From assembly GCA_965219095.1 (NCBI GenBank), contig CBDCMT010000001.1, positions 1,107,262 to 1,171,261 of the forward strand: a DNA stretch of 64,000 nt. Direction: 5' to 3'. The stretch comes from Bdellovibrionales bacterium (lineage in GTDB: Bacteria > Bdellovibrionota > Bdellovibrionia > Bdellovibrionales > UBA1609). The notes under the pieces are model-generated. The model did no database searches, was not told the origin of the DNA, and worked only from the letters and a program-made list of their open reading frames with translations. Position 1 is the stretch's first letter, and the number at the start of each line of letters is the position of its first letter. Made by a program: the position numbers and the translations under genes. Of this stretch, positions 9,229 through 17,834 are shown piece after piece.

Positions 9229-12200
9229 CTAAAAAATTTTGTTACAGACTCCTCCTCCTACACCATTTATAATATTATTAATTTTTTCTTCATTGAGCGC
9301 ACCTTCCTTTAAAAGAGCTTGAGTAAAAGCTTCTACTGTTTCCTTTTTTTCATCTAAAATTTTATTAGCTACTTCTTCCGCCTCTTGAAATATTTCTGAT
9401 CGAAAGTTCTTAAAATTCTTTTTCTTTCTCCATGAAGAGTTCCCTGCAGCACCAGACTCATAGAATTTCTTTGTGACCTTTTGAGCTTTTTCGTAATCAT
9501 TAGACATTCCTGTATCATAAGGATAACCAGCTCTCTTTTGGCTGATTCCTCCAGCTAAAAGTTGAGCTACTAGTATGACAAGAGCCTCTCTATCAAGATT
9601 TAATTTAGGAATAGAAGAGTTTTCCTCTTCATATCGTGCATAACCTGCAACATCACCTCCAGGAATGATAGTAAGATAAACTAATTTTTGGCCTGTTATG
9701 TGGGGATCATTGAGAACAGCATGCCCTGCTTCATGATAAGCTACTATTTTAGCCTCTTTTTTTCCGAGTAGTATCTTCTTTGTAGCATTCTGAGTTACGT
9801 CTAATGTTTCTTGGAAAAGCTTTGTGTTTTTAGAAGAAACTTCTGCTGTAAAACTTACTTTTCTTTTAAAGTCTTTACCTTCGACATAAAAGGTTTTAGG
9901 AAGATTATCTTCCAAAGATAAGGTGATTGTAATAGAATCATTTTGTTTATTTTCCTGGGTTAATCTAAATCGAGCTTGAGTAATAAGAGACTTGATTTGT
10001 TGGTCAACAACATTTTTCAAACTCCGGCCCCCTTGGCCTTGAGTAAAGAAGACTTCTGAAAAGGAATTTAAAAATTCCTTACTATAATTGATTTTGCCTC
10101 CCCATTTTTCAGTTTCTTTTTTAATAGGTTCTAAGAACTTTTCAACAATGACATTTACTTCGCTTGTTAATAAAGGCTTGTAAAGAGCAATGAGAGACAT
10201 CCTGCTTAAGAAAGCTTCTGGAACCCCTGCCTCTAAGAGAAGCTTTCTTAATTGCTCTGTCTCTTTAGCCTCTTCCCAAATAGCTAAGCGCAGGTCCTCG
10301 TGGCTGACACCTTGAAAAATCTTTTCTCCATCATTTCCTGTAAAAATAAATGTATATTTTGATAGGTTATAAGTTTGATCTGTTACATTGGAAGTCCATT
10401 TTCCCTCATCGGTTAAGTTATAAAAATGTTTCATTATAGTTTCTTTTAAGTGCTTATCATAGCCTCCTGCATTAGAAGCTTCATCAAACACAATAACGCC
10501 ACCAGTTGGATTGTTTCTCAGAGCTCGCTCAAAAAGACTTTCCCTATCTGAGCCTGCAAATCCTTTGGGGGAGCCAAAAATATCGTTCATTTGTCCTGTG
10601 TACGTTATGTTTGAAAGAGGTATAATGACAGCTCGCTCTTCACTTCCGTGAAAAATCTTAGCTATAACACGTGCTGTTTCTGTCTTTCCTGTACCTGTGC
10701 TTCCTAAAAGAAAGAAACTTAGAGGCTTCTTATTATTTGTGAAGCTTTTATGAGCTAAAATAGCTTGGCTTATCTTCTCAGCAAGCTCATCCTGACCTAT
10801 AAGACTTTTTGTAAAGATCTCTTTAAAATGAATCAGCTTATTTATGAATTCTTGGTTCTCAAAAACATCTTTAAATTTCTTTTTAGGAGCTGATGAAAGA
10901 ATCTCATCTCCTCCTTTCTTTCTCTTAGATGAAACTTTAACCTGACTTCCTTTTTCTAAAAGGCTGATCTGAATTACTTCCTGATCCTTTAAACTCCATT
11001 GAGAGCGAAAGTTGACGATAGCTTCTCCAATGTATTTTTCTAGATTTTTGATAACAATACGTACACCGTTTTGTGGATTAAAAACATTTTTCACAAGATA
11101 TTCTATTAATTTATCATCAATCTCTAATTTTATTTTAAAAGTTTTTTCTGTATCTTTGATTATTTGATCAGCCTTTTTTCTTGCAATTCTCAATGCTAAA
11201 TTTAAATCAATAGGATTAGCAATGATATAAGAATCCACTCTTTCAAGAATAAGGTTAGGGAGTTGAGCTGTGTCAAGTCCGTTAACTTTTTCCCTAAAGA
11301 TATTTTTTATCATAGAGGGATTGTCTTTAAGAAGAGTTATATGTTCATTCCACTCTCTTTCGGTCCAGTTTTTCATCCCTTTAGGAAATAAGACATTATC
11401 TCCTCGGTTGCTTGTTAAAAGAATAATGACGTTGTTCGCCTTTCTTATCTTCCCATCAGCACCTGTAATCGTTCCTGTATCGAAAAATTCCATAAATTTT
11501 TCCCAAAAATCTTTATGAGCTCTCTCTGCTTCATCTATAATAATAATACCTCCTTTGCCTCCACGAGCTGGATCATCTAACCAATTCATAAGCTCTCCTG
11601 AAGTTTTATCAGAAGATATAACTCCCGGTGGTGCTCCCAATAAAGCATTAAGAGAGAGGCTTCCATCTTTATATGTGTTGGCGTCAATATGCATCACTGG
11701 ATTGTTTGCAGAAGGGAAAGCTAATTGAGTAAACTCTTTAGCAACCATGGTCTTTCCTACTCCTGTGGAACCTAGTAAAAGACCTACCCTGATTCTACGT
11801 TCTTTATCCTGGATGTTCTGAAGCCATAAATTAACAATATCATTGATCATATGACTCTGACCGAGAACTTCTTCATTTAACTTCTTTTTTAAATCATCAG
11901 CATACTTTGCAAATCTTACCCCATCTCTAGGATCAGCAGGTAGATCATATCTTTTAATTAAAAAATCTGAAAAATCTTGCTTTGTAATAGAGACAGTCTT
12001 CTTATTTTCCCCTTTCCTTCTTTGAACAAAAATAGCTAAGTCCATAAGAGCTTTTATTGAAGCACTCACTCTTCCATTATCCGGAACAATAAATAGTGAT
12101 TCCTCCACAACTCTCCTAATGACTTCATTGTCTTCGAATTCAACCTGATATTTTCCTTCTATTTTGGGAATCCAAGAAAACTTTAAAAGCTCCATGACCT

Positions 12201-13335
12201 CTTCAACATTGAACTCAGGCACTGCAACCTTTTCAAAACGACGTTTAATAGCATCGTTGTCTTTAAATTTAGCCATAAATTCTTTTGAGGTTGTCGCTCC
12301 TATAAAATGAATGCCGTTACGCTCAGAATCTAAAAAAGGCTTCAAAGATTCAACTTGAGATTTACTTAATGTATGGACTTCATCTAAAAATACAATGATG
12401 GGTTTTTTTGTAGCTTCTTGAATGGCAAGTACAGCTTTAAAATAATCTTCTATAGCAGCGGCTTGTGCAGAGGAGCTATCCGACAAAGCTATTTTAGAAA
12501 TACGAGCTGGTGATGTAGAAAGCAGTTCAGCTTTTCTTAAATAATCATAAAAACTCAGATCAGGGAATTCTTTGTCTATGATCATTTGTGTTATCTTTTC
12601 AACAACAGTGGTTTTTCCAGAACCTGCCGGACCGATAAGAATGGGGTTTTTTCCTTTCAACCTCACAAGAATGTCAATTGTATGATTAGCTTCCTCATTT
12701 CTTCTATAAATAGTACGCTCAGGAGAATTTCTTTGGATATCAGTAAGGAATTCATTGGTTCCGTTAAACAAAGTATCTACATATTCCATCAGTTTTCTTG
12801 AAGATACCTTAAGCAATTGATCTTTAAAGTATAAACTTTCTTTATCTTCTAATTGAGGATTTGTTTCTATTTTTTCCTCAAGATTTTCTATAGAACTCTC
12901 TATATGAGAGAATGAACGAGGGTCTATTCTTTCTTTGTTTTTATCTATTAATCCCTTCAAGTCATTAAAGTTATCATCATATTTCTTATGCACCATATTG
13001 GATAAGCTTACTAAAGCATCTCCAACTATATACGAATTAGGAGCATTGGAGGCTTTTATAGAGAATTCCTTCTTAATAGTTTCCATCAAAAATTCTATGA
13101 CAACATTATTGTGATACTCCCCTAATTTTTTAAGAGAGTTGCTAGCTTCTATAAGTTTTTGAGTTGAGCGTCTAGGATTATATTCATCTTGAACTGGGCT
13201 TATTTTGTTAAATAAATTATATGCTTCTTCAAGCTTTGTTGAATCAGTCTGTTCTTGTGCGAAAGTTAGCCCATGAAGAGCCGCTAAAATAAAAAAAATG
13301 CATAAATATGAAATGATTGTTTTTAATATTTTCAT
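9229..13335 (-). CDS. Giant AAA+ protease-like protein: signal/anchor sequence, ClpA/B NBD1-like module, two ClpB NBD2-like modules and an FtsH-type M41 zinc peptidase domain
   Basis: 1368 aa. N-terminus MKILKTIISYLCIFFILAALHGLTFA/QE. P-loops GPAGSGKTT (12607-12633), GSTGVGKTM (11746-11772) and GSTGTGKTE (10678-10704). Walker B motifs IVFLDEVH, IIIIDEAERAH and IVFDEAS. Also LLGAPPG and IGATTSKEF...KRRF. The C-terminus has AYHEAGHAV (HEAGH at 9721-9735), TIIPGG and SNDYEKA, as in FtsH peptidase domains. Confidence 0.8.
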   Translation of the reverse strand: MKILKTIISYLCIFFILAALHGLTFAQEQTDSTKLEEAYNLFNKISPVQDEYNPRRSTQKLIEASNSLKKLGEYHNNVVIEFLMETIKKEFSIKASNAPNSYIVGDALVSLSNMVHKKYDDNFNDLKGLIDKNKERIDPRSFSHIESSIENLEEKIETNPQLEDKESLYFKDQLLKVSSRKLMEYVDTLFNGTNEFLTDIQRNSPERTIYRRNEEANHTIDILVRLKGKNPILIGPAGSGKTTVVEKITQMIIDKEFPDLSFYDYLRKAELLSTSPARISKIALSDSSSAQAAAIEDYFKAVLAIQEATKKPIIVFLDEVHTLSKSQVESLKPFLDSERNGIHFIGATTSKEFMAKFKDNDAIKRRFEKVAVPEFNVEEVMELLKFSWIPKIEGKYQVEFEDNEVIRRVVEESLFIVPDNGRVSASIKALMDLAIFVQRRKGENKKTVSITKQDFSDFLIKRYDLPADPRDGVRFAKYADDLKKKLNEEVLGQSHMINDIVNLWLQNIQDKERRIRVGLLLGSTGVGKTMVAKEFTQLAFPSANNPVMHIDANTYKDGSLSLNALLGAPPGVISSDKTSGELMNWLDDPARGGKGGIIIIDEAERAHKDFWEKFMEFFDTGTITGADGKIRKANNVIILLTSNRGDNVLFPKGMKNWTEREWNEHITLLKDNPSMIKNIFREKVNGLDTAQLPNLILERVDSYIIANPIDLNLALRIARKKADQIIKDTEKTFKIKLEIDDKLIEYLVKNVFNPQNGVRIVIKNLEKYIGEAIVNFRSQWSLKDQEVIQISLLEKGSQVKVSSKRKKGGDEILSSAPKKKFKDVFENQEFINKLIHFKEIFTKSLIGQDELAEKISQAILAHKSFTNNKKPLSFFLLGSTGTGKTETARVIAKIFHGSEERAVIIPLSNITYTGQMNDIFGSPKGFAGSDRESLFERALRNNPTGGVIVFDEASNAGGYDKHLKETIMKHFYNLTDEGKWTSNVTDQTYNLSKYTFIFTGNDGEKIFQGVSHEDLRLAIWEEAKETEQLRKLLLEAGVPEAFLSRMSLIALYKPLLTSEVNVIVEKFLEPIKKETEKWGGKINYSKEFLNSFSEVFFTQGQGGRSLKNVVDQQIKSLITQARFRLTQENKQNDSITITLSLEDNLPKTFYVEGKDFKRKVSFTAEVSSKNTKLFQETLDVTQNATKKILLGKKEAKIVAYHEAGHAVLNDPHITGQKLVYLTIIPGGDVAGYARYEEENSSIPKLNLDREALVILVAQLLAGGISQKRAGYPYDTGMSNDYEKAQKVTKKFYESGAAGNSSWRKKKNFKNFRSEIFQEAEEVANKILDEKKETVEAFTQALLKEGALNEEKINNIINGVGGGVCNKIF

Positions 13336-13399
13336 GGCTTATCACTATTTTTTATCGAACACCCTCTTTAATTATTTAAAAATCACCAACCTTTAAGTG

Positions 13400-13428
13400 A
13401 TTTTAAACTTTGTATTAGAGAAATTCAA
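13400..13428 (-). promoter_or_regulatory. Possible sigma-70-type promoter for the 1368-aa gene
   Basis: On the minus strand, TTGAAT (13428-13423), a 17-nt spacer, then TAAAAT (13405-13400), about 65 nt upstream of the ATG. AT-rich DNA makes chance matches likely. Confidence 0.25.
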
Positions 13429-13642
13429 TAGAGTATGTATTTTTTTTAATGAAATAATAAAATTTACATAAGAGCTTTATATTATCGAGACATTTTGACA
13501 AAAACTAGGCCTATTCTCTGTGTGTGGATTTTGAAGTGCAATCAGTATAGAAGAAAAATCAAAAAGATATCTATGAGAATCTCTTATGACAAAGAGTTTT
13601 CTGTGGATTCTGAAAGGGAGATTATAAAAACAAGTTTTAATA

Positions 13643-13688
13643 AAAACTGCCAGAACCTCCGGGAACCCACAGATTCTTTTGAGGAGGC
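13643..13688 (-). repeat. Remnant of the ISL3 3' terminus
   Basis: AAAACTGCCAGAACCTCCGGGAACCCACAGATTCTTTTGAGGAGGC is the reverse complement of the ISL3 end at 38384. Confidence 0.75.
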
Positions 13689-14114
13689 GATTTTTCTTTT
13701 AAGAACTCTTTTCTGAAATTTAAAGGTAAAATCAACTATTCTACTCTATCAAAAATTATCAAATCTTGGGAATACTCCACATCCCTTTTGCTTCCAGGAG
13801 AATGCGGCACTGTAAATTAAATTGTGTAACTGATTTTTTCATTTTAAATTATGGACTCTTTTTTGTAACATTCTTTGCAAAGCTCTTAATAATCAGGTCT
13901 TTCGTTATTACATTTTAAAATCATATAAAGAAGAACACCTGTACCCTCACAGGTTTATCTAATCCTTTTTTCTTCTTTAAGTTTCTTTAAATCTACCAAC
14001 TTCTTTTCTCTTTTCCTAGGAGCATGAGCTAAGACTTCTATACTCTTAAAAGCAGGCTTTTTTTCGTTTTTTATATTAATAATAATCTGTTCTGCAAAAG
14101 ATAGGGCTTGTTCC

Positions 14115-15509
14115 GAGGATGTCCCATTTCTCGGTGGAATTCTGTTCAAAAATGGAGCAGATAAGAGGACTCCCTGGTGGATTTTTAAGTCCACCTAGGA
14201 TTTAATAAATATTTAGAATGAATTAAAAATTAAACAAAAGGAGTCCAAAATGAAGAATACAAAAGAAAAAATATCAATTCAAGAACTATCGGATCACAAG
14301 GAGATTCAAGATGCTGTTCATAACTATATGAAGCATAGAATTCTTGACGTAATCTACTGGATATTTAATGACGAAGTCACTAAGCTCTGTGGTCCACTAT
14401 ACGATCGAGAGGAAGAATGCATGCGAAATGGAAGCGATCCTGGGTCTGTTTATGCTCAAGGACAAAGAGTTTCGATTCGAAAGCCCAGAGTTAAAAAAGA
14501 CGGAAAAGATGTCAAACTGCGAACATACTCTGCTTTGAGAAACTACGATGTTTTCACTGAAAAGATTCAGAACCACCTTCTCCATGGAGTTTCAACAAGG
14601 GACTACGATCCTCTTTTAGAGGAGATCTCTGGTGGCACAGGAGTTAAGAAGAGTTCTGTTTCTAGAGCTTTTGTAAATTCCTCTAAGAAGGCTTTAGATG
14701 AGATAAGCTCTAAGGACTTGTCTAAGCATGAGTTTGTTTCAGTCATGATAGATGGAGTAGGCTTTGGAGATCGTACAGTGGTGGTTGCTTTAGGTATCGA
14801 CGTGACGGGCAAAAAGCACATTATAGGGTTACGAGAAGGAACTACAGAAAATTGCGAGCTGACAAAAGATCTTTTAGAGAACCTTGTTTCTAGAGGTATG
14901 GATTCAGATAAGGGCTATCTTTTTGTTATTGATGGTTCTAAAGCTCTAAGGAAGGCTATCAAGGCAGTTTGGGGAAAAAAGTCTGTTGTTCAACGTTGCA
15001 TTCGTCACAAAGAAAGAAATATCCTCAATTATTTGCCAAAAGAAAGACATCAAGAGTTTCGCATTCGTTGGAAAAGACTTCATGGTTCAGTAGATTATGA
15101 ATCGGCTTTGAAAGAGCATGAGGAGTTAGTTTGTTGGTTGAAACAGATCAACCATTCAGCTTTAGAATCTCTTGAAGAAGCTTGTAAGGAGACTTTGACT
15201 GTGATTCGTCTTAAAGCTACTCCCTCCTTAAAAAAGACTTTACTGTCTACAAATCCTATAGAGTCCATGTTTTCCTACACAAGGTATAGAACAGGGAGAG
15301 TTAAGAACTGGAAAAGAGGAGCAGACCAAGTGAGTCGTTGGGCTGCTGTTACTCTCTTTGATGCTGAGAAAAGATTTAAACGAATCAGAGGCTTTATGTA
15401 TTTAAAAAACTTTAAAGAAAACTTAGAAAAAATGGTTGCAAAACAAAGAAAGGTCGCTTAAACATGAAATCGCCCTCTAACTAATTCCACCGAGAAATGG
15501 GACATCCTC
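14115..15509 (+). mobile_element. IS256-family element, complete, with target-site duplication
   Basis: 27-bp perfect inverted repeats GAGGATGTCCCATTTCTCGGTGGAATT (14115-14141; reverse complement at 15483-15509). Flanked by the 8-bp direct repeat CTTGTTCC (14107-14114 and 15510-15517). Confidence 0.9.
14250..15461 (+). CDS. IS256-family (Mutator-type) transposase
   Basis: 403 aa inside the delimited IS256 element. The layout is typical of Transposase_mut proteins (VMIDGV..., LFVIDGSKAL, QRCIRHKERN). A GGAG Shine-Dalgarno is present. Confidence 0.85.
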   Translation: MKNTKEKISIQELSDHKEIQDAVHNYMKHRILDVIYWIFNDEVTKLCGPLYDREEECMRNGSDPGSVYAQGQRVSIRKPRVKKDGKDVKLRTYSALRNYDVFTEKIQNHLLHGVSTRDYDPLLEEISGGTGVKKSSVSRAFVNSSKKALDEISSKDLSKHEFVSVMIDGVGFGDRTVVVALGIDVTGKKHIIGLREGTTENCELTKDLLENLVSRGMDSDKGYLFVIDGSKALRKAIKAVWGKKSVVQRCIRHKERNILNYLPKERHQEFRIRWKRLHGSVDYESALKEHEELVCWLKQINHSALESLEEACKETLTVIRLKATPSLKKTLLSTNPIESMFSYTRYRTGRVKNWKRGADQVSRWAAVTLFDAEKRFKRIRGFMYLKNFKENLEKMVAKQRKVA

Positions 15510-15679
15510 CTTGTTCCAGTCTCTTTTTATCTGTATATTGCCCCAAATGTTGAATGGTTTTTTGGATGACTTTATTCTGCACTCTCTTGTTCTCTACAAT
15601 CTGAACTGAAATAGAACCATTTTCTCTTGAAATCTTTTTTACAAACATATTTAAATATTAAAAGAAGTTTCCAGTCCTG

Positions 15680-15806
15680 AAAAGACCTCAAAAAAAGATT
15701 TCTGACACTACAAATGCACTTTCTGGAAAAATACCCCCCAACTCTGTTTTAAACATAGCCTGCACACTTTTATGAAGTTTTAGTAGTGGAAAATGCTGAA
15801 GTCGGG
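15680..15806 (-). repeat. Leader and terminal repeat of the IS1634-like element that hosts IS256
   Basis: Aligns with 8961-9088 and ends in GCTGAAGTCGGG at 15806. Confidence 0.6.
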
Positions 15807-15893
15807 ACACTCTAAAAATTTAACAAAGTTTGATCAAAAAATCAGAACGCTATGCGATAAAAGAATGTCGAATTATTTTTTGGAATTGGTATG
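15807..15893 (-). mobile_element. IS630-like lineage B, left-end ~88-bp fragment
   Basis: Reverse complement of 37654-37740 (TATACCATTTCCAAAAATTAATTCGACAT...TTTTTAGAGTGT). It is cut at the GTG start codon by the IS1634-like terminus. Confidence 0.7.
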
Positions 15894-16159
15894 AAGAGGA
15901 TGTTTCTTAGATTTTAAAGGAGAAGTTTTTATTGATCTTGTTGTAAAACGACTTTACAGGGACAATCTCGAAAGTTCGCTAAAACATTACAAAAAAAGTC
16001 ACTTAGGCCTAGCTAAAAATTAGACACTTTAACCCCTTAAAATTATTACACTTTTTCTGATCCGGGAAAAATCTTTATCAATCTAACAGGGTTGGTCTTT
16101 AGGGGATTTTCTAGAAACAAAAAAATCAAGCAATTTCAATAGGTTAAAAAATGCCTTTT

Positions 16160-16176
16160 TGGCACACTTTGTGCTT
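16160..16176 (+). promoter_or_regulatory. Candidate sigma-54 (-24/-12) promoter
   Basis: TGGCACACTTTGTGCTT has GG and GC 12 nt apart, as in the consensus TGGCAC-N5-TTGCW, with one mismatch in the -12 box. It lies only ~13 nt upstream of the ATG at 16187, so the true start may be the ATG at 16199. Confidence 0.35.
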
Positions 16177-16186
16177 CTAAAAGGGT

Positions 16187-17320
16187 ATGAAAGAGAATAT
16201 GATAGCTTTTATTTCAGGTATTTTCATAACTTTGTTTTTCCTCGTTCCTACAAAGAGAGAAAAACAAAGTAGTTTTTATCAAGATAAAAAGTCTTTTTTT
16301 GAAGAAAAATCTTATACAACAAAGATGGCAAATAAAAGAATTCAGCTTCCTAGAAAACAATCTTACAAAAGAAAAAAACTAAGGCTCTCTAGTCGTGGAA
16401 AACAACTAAGGTTCTCTACTCATGGAAAAAAACTTCAAAAAACAGATTCTCTTATAAAAAACTCTAAAGATAAACGGGTGCATCAAGTGCAAATCGGTAA
16501 TGAATCAAAGCCTTCAAAAAGCAAACAACTTCAAAAAAATAAAGACAAAACAAATAGCAAAAAGGATGGTTCCTTGTCACAAAGCAAAAAAGAGTCTTAC
16601 AAGAAAGATTCTAAAGCAAAAAAAACAGCACCCTCTTCTCTAAAGCCTCAAACGGCAATTACTTTATATCCTCCGCACTCTTTTGTTGAAAATGGAAAAC
16701 GCCCTGCTCATATGAGAACAAAACCTAAAAACTTCCATTTCACAAATGAAGAAAAAACTCTCAGCCATTGGATGGATCGTATTGTAAAAAAGGAAGACAA
16801 AAAAGCTCTAGAAGAGTTTGTCTATTTTTTGAATTTAAAAAAGATCAAAAATTCTATCTTTAAAGATGTTTTAGAAGCTATGTTAGAAAAAGGATCTCTT
16901 TATCCAAAAGCTATGAATCTTTTAGAAAAAAACCCTTCCTCTCTATCCTTTTATATCTTAAGCCAACACTTAAGAAAGGTGTCAGATGAAGAGAAGGAAA
17001 ACTCTTTAAGGGAGAGTCTGCATTCTTATTTAGAGCCTCATAAAATAAGTTATCTCATACAAGTTTTAAGAAATGAAGGGCTTTCTTCTCAAACGACATA
17101 CAAAGCTCTTGAAATCCTGTCTCAAAGGGAAGAAAACATACAAAACTTAGCTTATGACACAAAAAGAAACCTCTTTACCGCTTTAGCTTATTTCCAAGAA
17201 GAACACAATAAACTTCTTTATTCTCGAAAAGAACTTTCTAAACTAGAAGAAGAAAACTATAGTCTAGCTTATGATATTATGGGACTTATGAAGAGAATTG
17301 GTTCTTCAGAAGCTATTTAG
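16187..17320 (+). CDS. Hypothetical membrane-anchored, lysine-rich protein with a helical C-terminal half
   Basis: 377 aa with an N-terminal hydrophobic helix (IAFISGIFITLFFLV), a ~130-aa K/S-rich low-complexity region and a helical repeat-like C-terminus. I recognise no family. Confidence 0.55.
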   Translation: MKENMIAFISGIFITLFFLVPTKREKQSSFYQDKKSFFEEKSYTTKMANKRIQLPRKQSYKRKKLRLSSRGKQLRFSTHGKKLQKTDSLIKNSKDKRVHQVQIGNESKPSKSKQLQKNKDKTNSKKDGSLSQSKKESYKKDSKAKKTAPSSLKPQTAITLYPPHSFVENGKRPAHMRTKPKNFHFTNEEKTLSHWMDRIVKKEDKKALEEFVYFLNLKKIKNSIFKDVLEAMLEKGSLYPKAMNLLEKNPSSLSFYILSQHLRKVSDEEKENSLRESLHSYLEPHKISYLIQVLRNEGLSSQTTYKALEILSQREENIQNLAYDTKRNLFTALAYFQEEHNKLLYSRKELSKLEEENYSLAYDIMGLMKRIGSSEAI

Positions 17321-17393
17321 CTTTAGACTTTTTTCTTGTTTTTGATTTTTTCTCCTGACCTTCATCTATTTTTTTCCTTCTTCAGCTATAGAA

Positions 17394-17804
17394 ATGATTA
17401 AAGGTTCCGATAATGAAATAAAGGGGAAGAACATGAAAGAAGTTATAAAAACTCTAAAAGCCAGGAATTTAATTTTAAAAAATTTTTACAAAAAAAATCG
17501 AGAACAAATTTCAAAAATGAAAGTCTCTCGAGATTTTGATATTAGAAAATTCTATTTTCAAAAAGAGAGTTTATACCAACAGCTTAACTTTACAAATCAA
17601 AACCTTCGTGAATCTATGAAAGAACTTGAAGATCTATCTGCCTCCCATCTTATGATTTTTAAAAAAGATATTCTAAGAGAGCTTATGGTTAAGGATCATT
17701 TATCTAAAGCGATCCTTGATCAAGATCTTGAGATTCTCTCTATCTTAGATTCTATGAAATCAAACATCATCAGGAAGCTATCCACAGCAGATATTGCAGG
17801 TTGA
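17394..17804 (+). CDS. Hypothetical small helical protein
   Basis: 136-aa ORF. An alternative start at 17433 (MKEVIK) is possible. It is co-oriented with the flanking genes, and I recognise no motif. Confidence 0.45.
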   Translation: MIKGSDNEIKGKNMKEVIKTLKARNLILKNFYKKNREQISKMKVSRDFDIRKFYFQKESLYQQLNFTNQNLRESMKELEDLSASHLMIFKKDILRELMVKDHLSKAILDQDLEILSILDSMKSNIIRKLSTADIAG

Positions 17805-17834
17805 AATTTGATTGAAAAAGTTTAAACTATAGAT

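Larger units (their letters stand above)
13955..15648 (-). pseudogene. IS1634-like transposase N-terminal fragment, split in two by the IS256 insertion
   Basis: 15648-15518 encodes MFVKKISRENGSISVQIVENKRVQNKVIQKTIQHLG...LEQ. 14114-13955 continues ...ALSFAEQIIINIKNEKKPAF, which parallels AEELIIDIKNQRNPVL of the 4719-5345 fragment. Confidence 0.7.

Noticed and set aside
11270-12801. Plus-strand ORFs 11270-11518 and 12586-12801 inside the 1368-aa gene
   Set aside because: They are antisense to a long ORF with strong AAA+ motifs. They are low-complexity and have no ribosome-binding context.
13495-13716. 73-aa plus-strand ORF upstream of the 1368-aa gene
   Set aside because: Its C-terminal third is encoded by the ISL3 terminal remnant (…NLREPTDSFEEA…), the same peptide artefact seen in ORF 8107-8481. 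It is not a real gene.
14397-14821. Minus-strand ORFs 14397-14585 and 14603-14821
   Set aside because: They are antisense to the IS256 transposase gene, so they are likely spurious.
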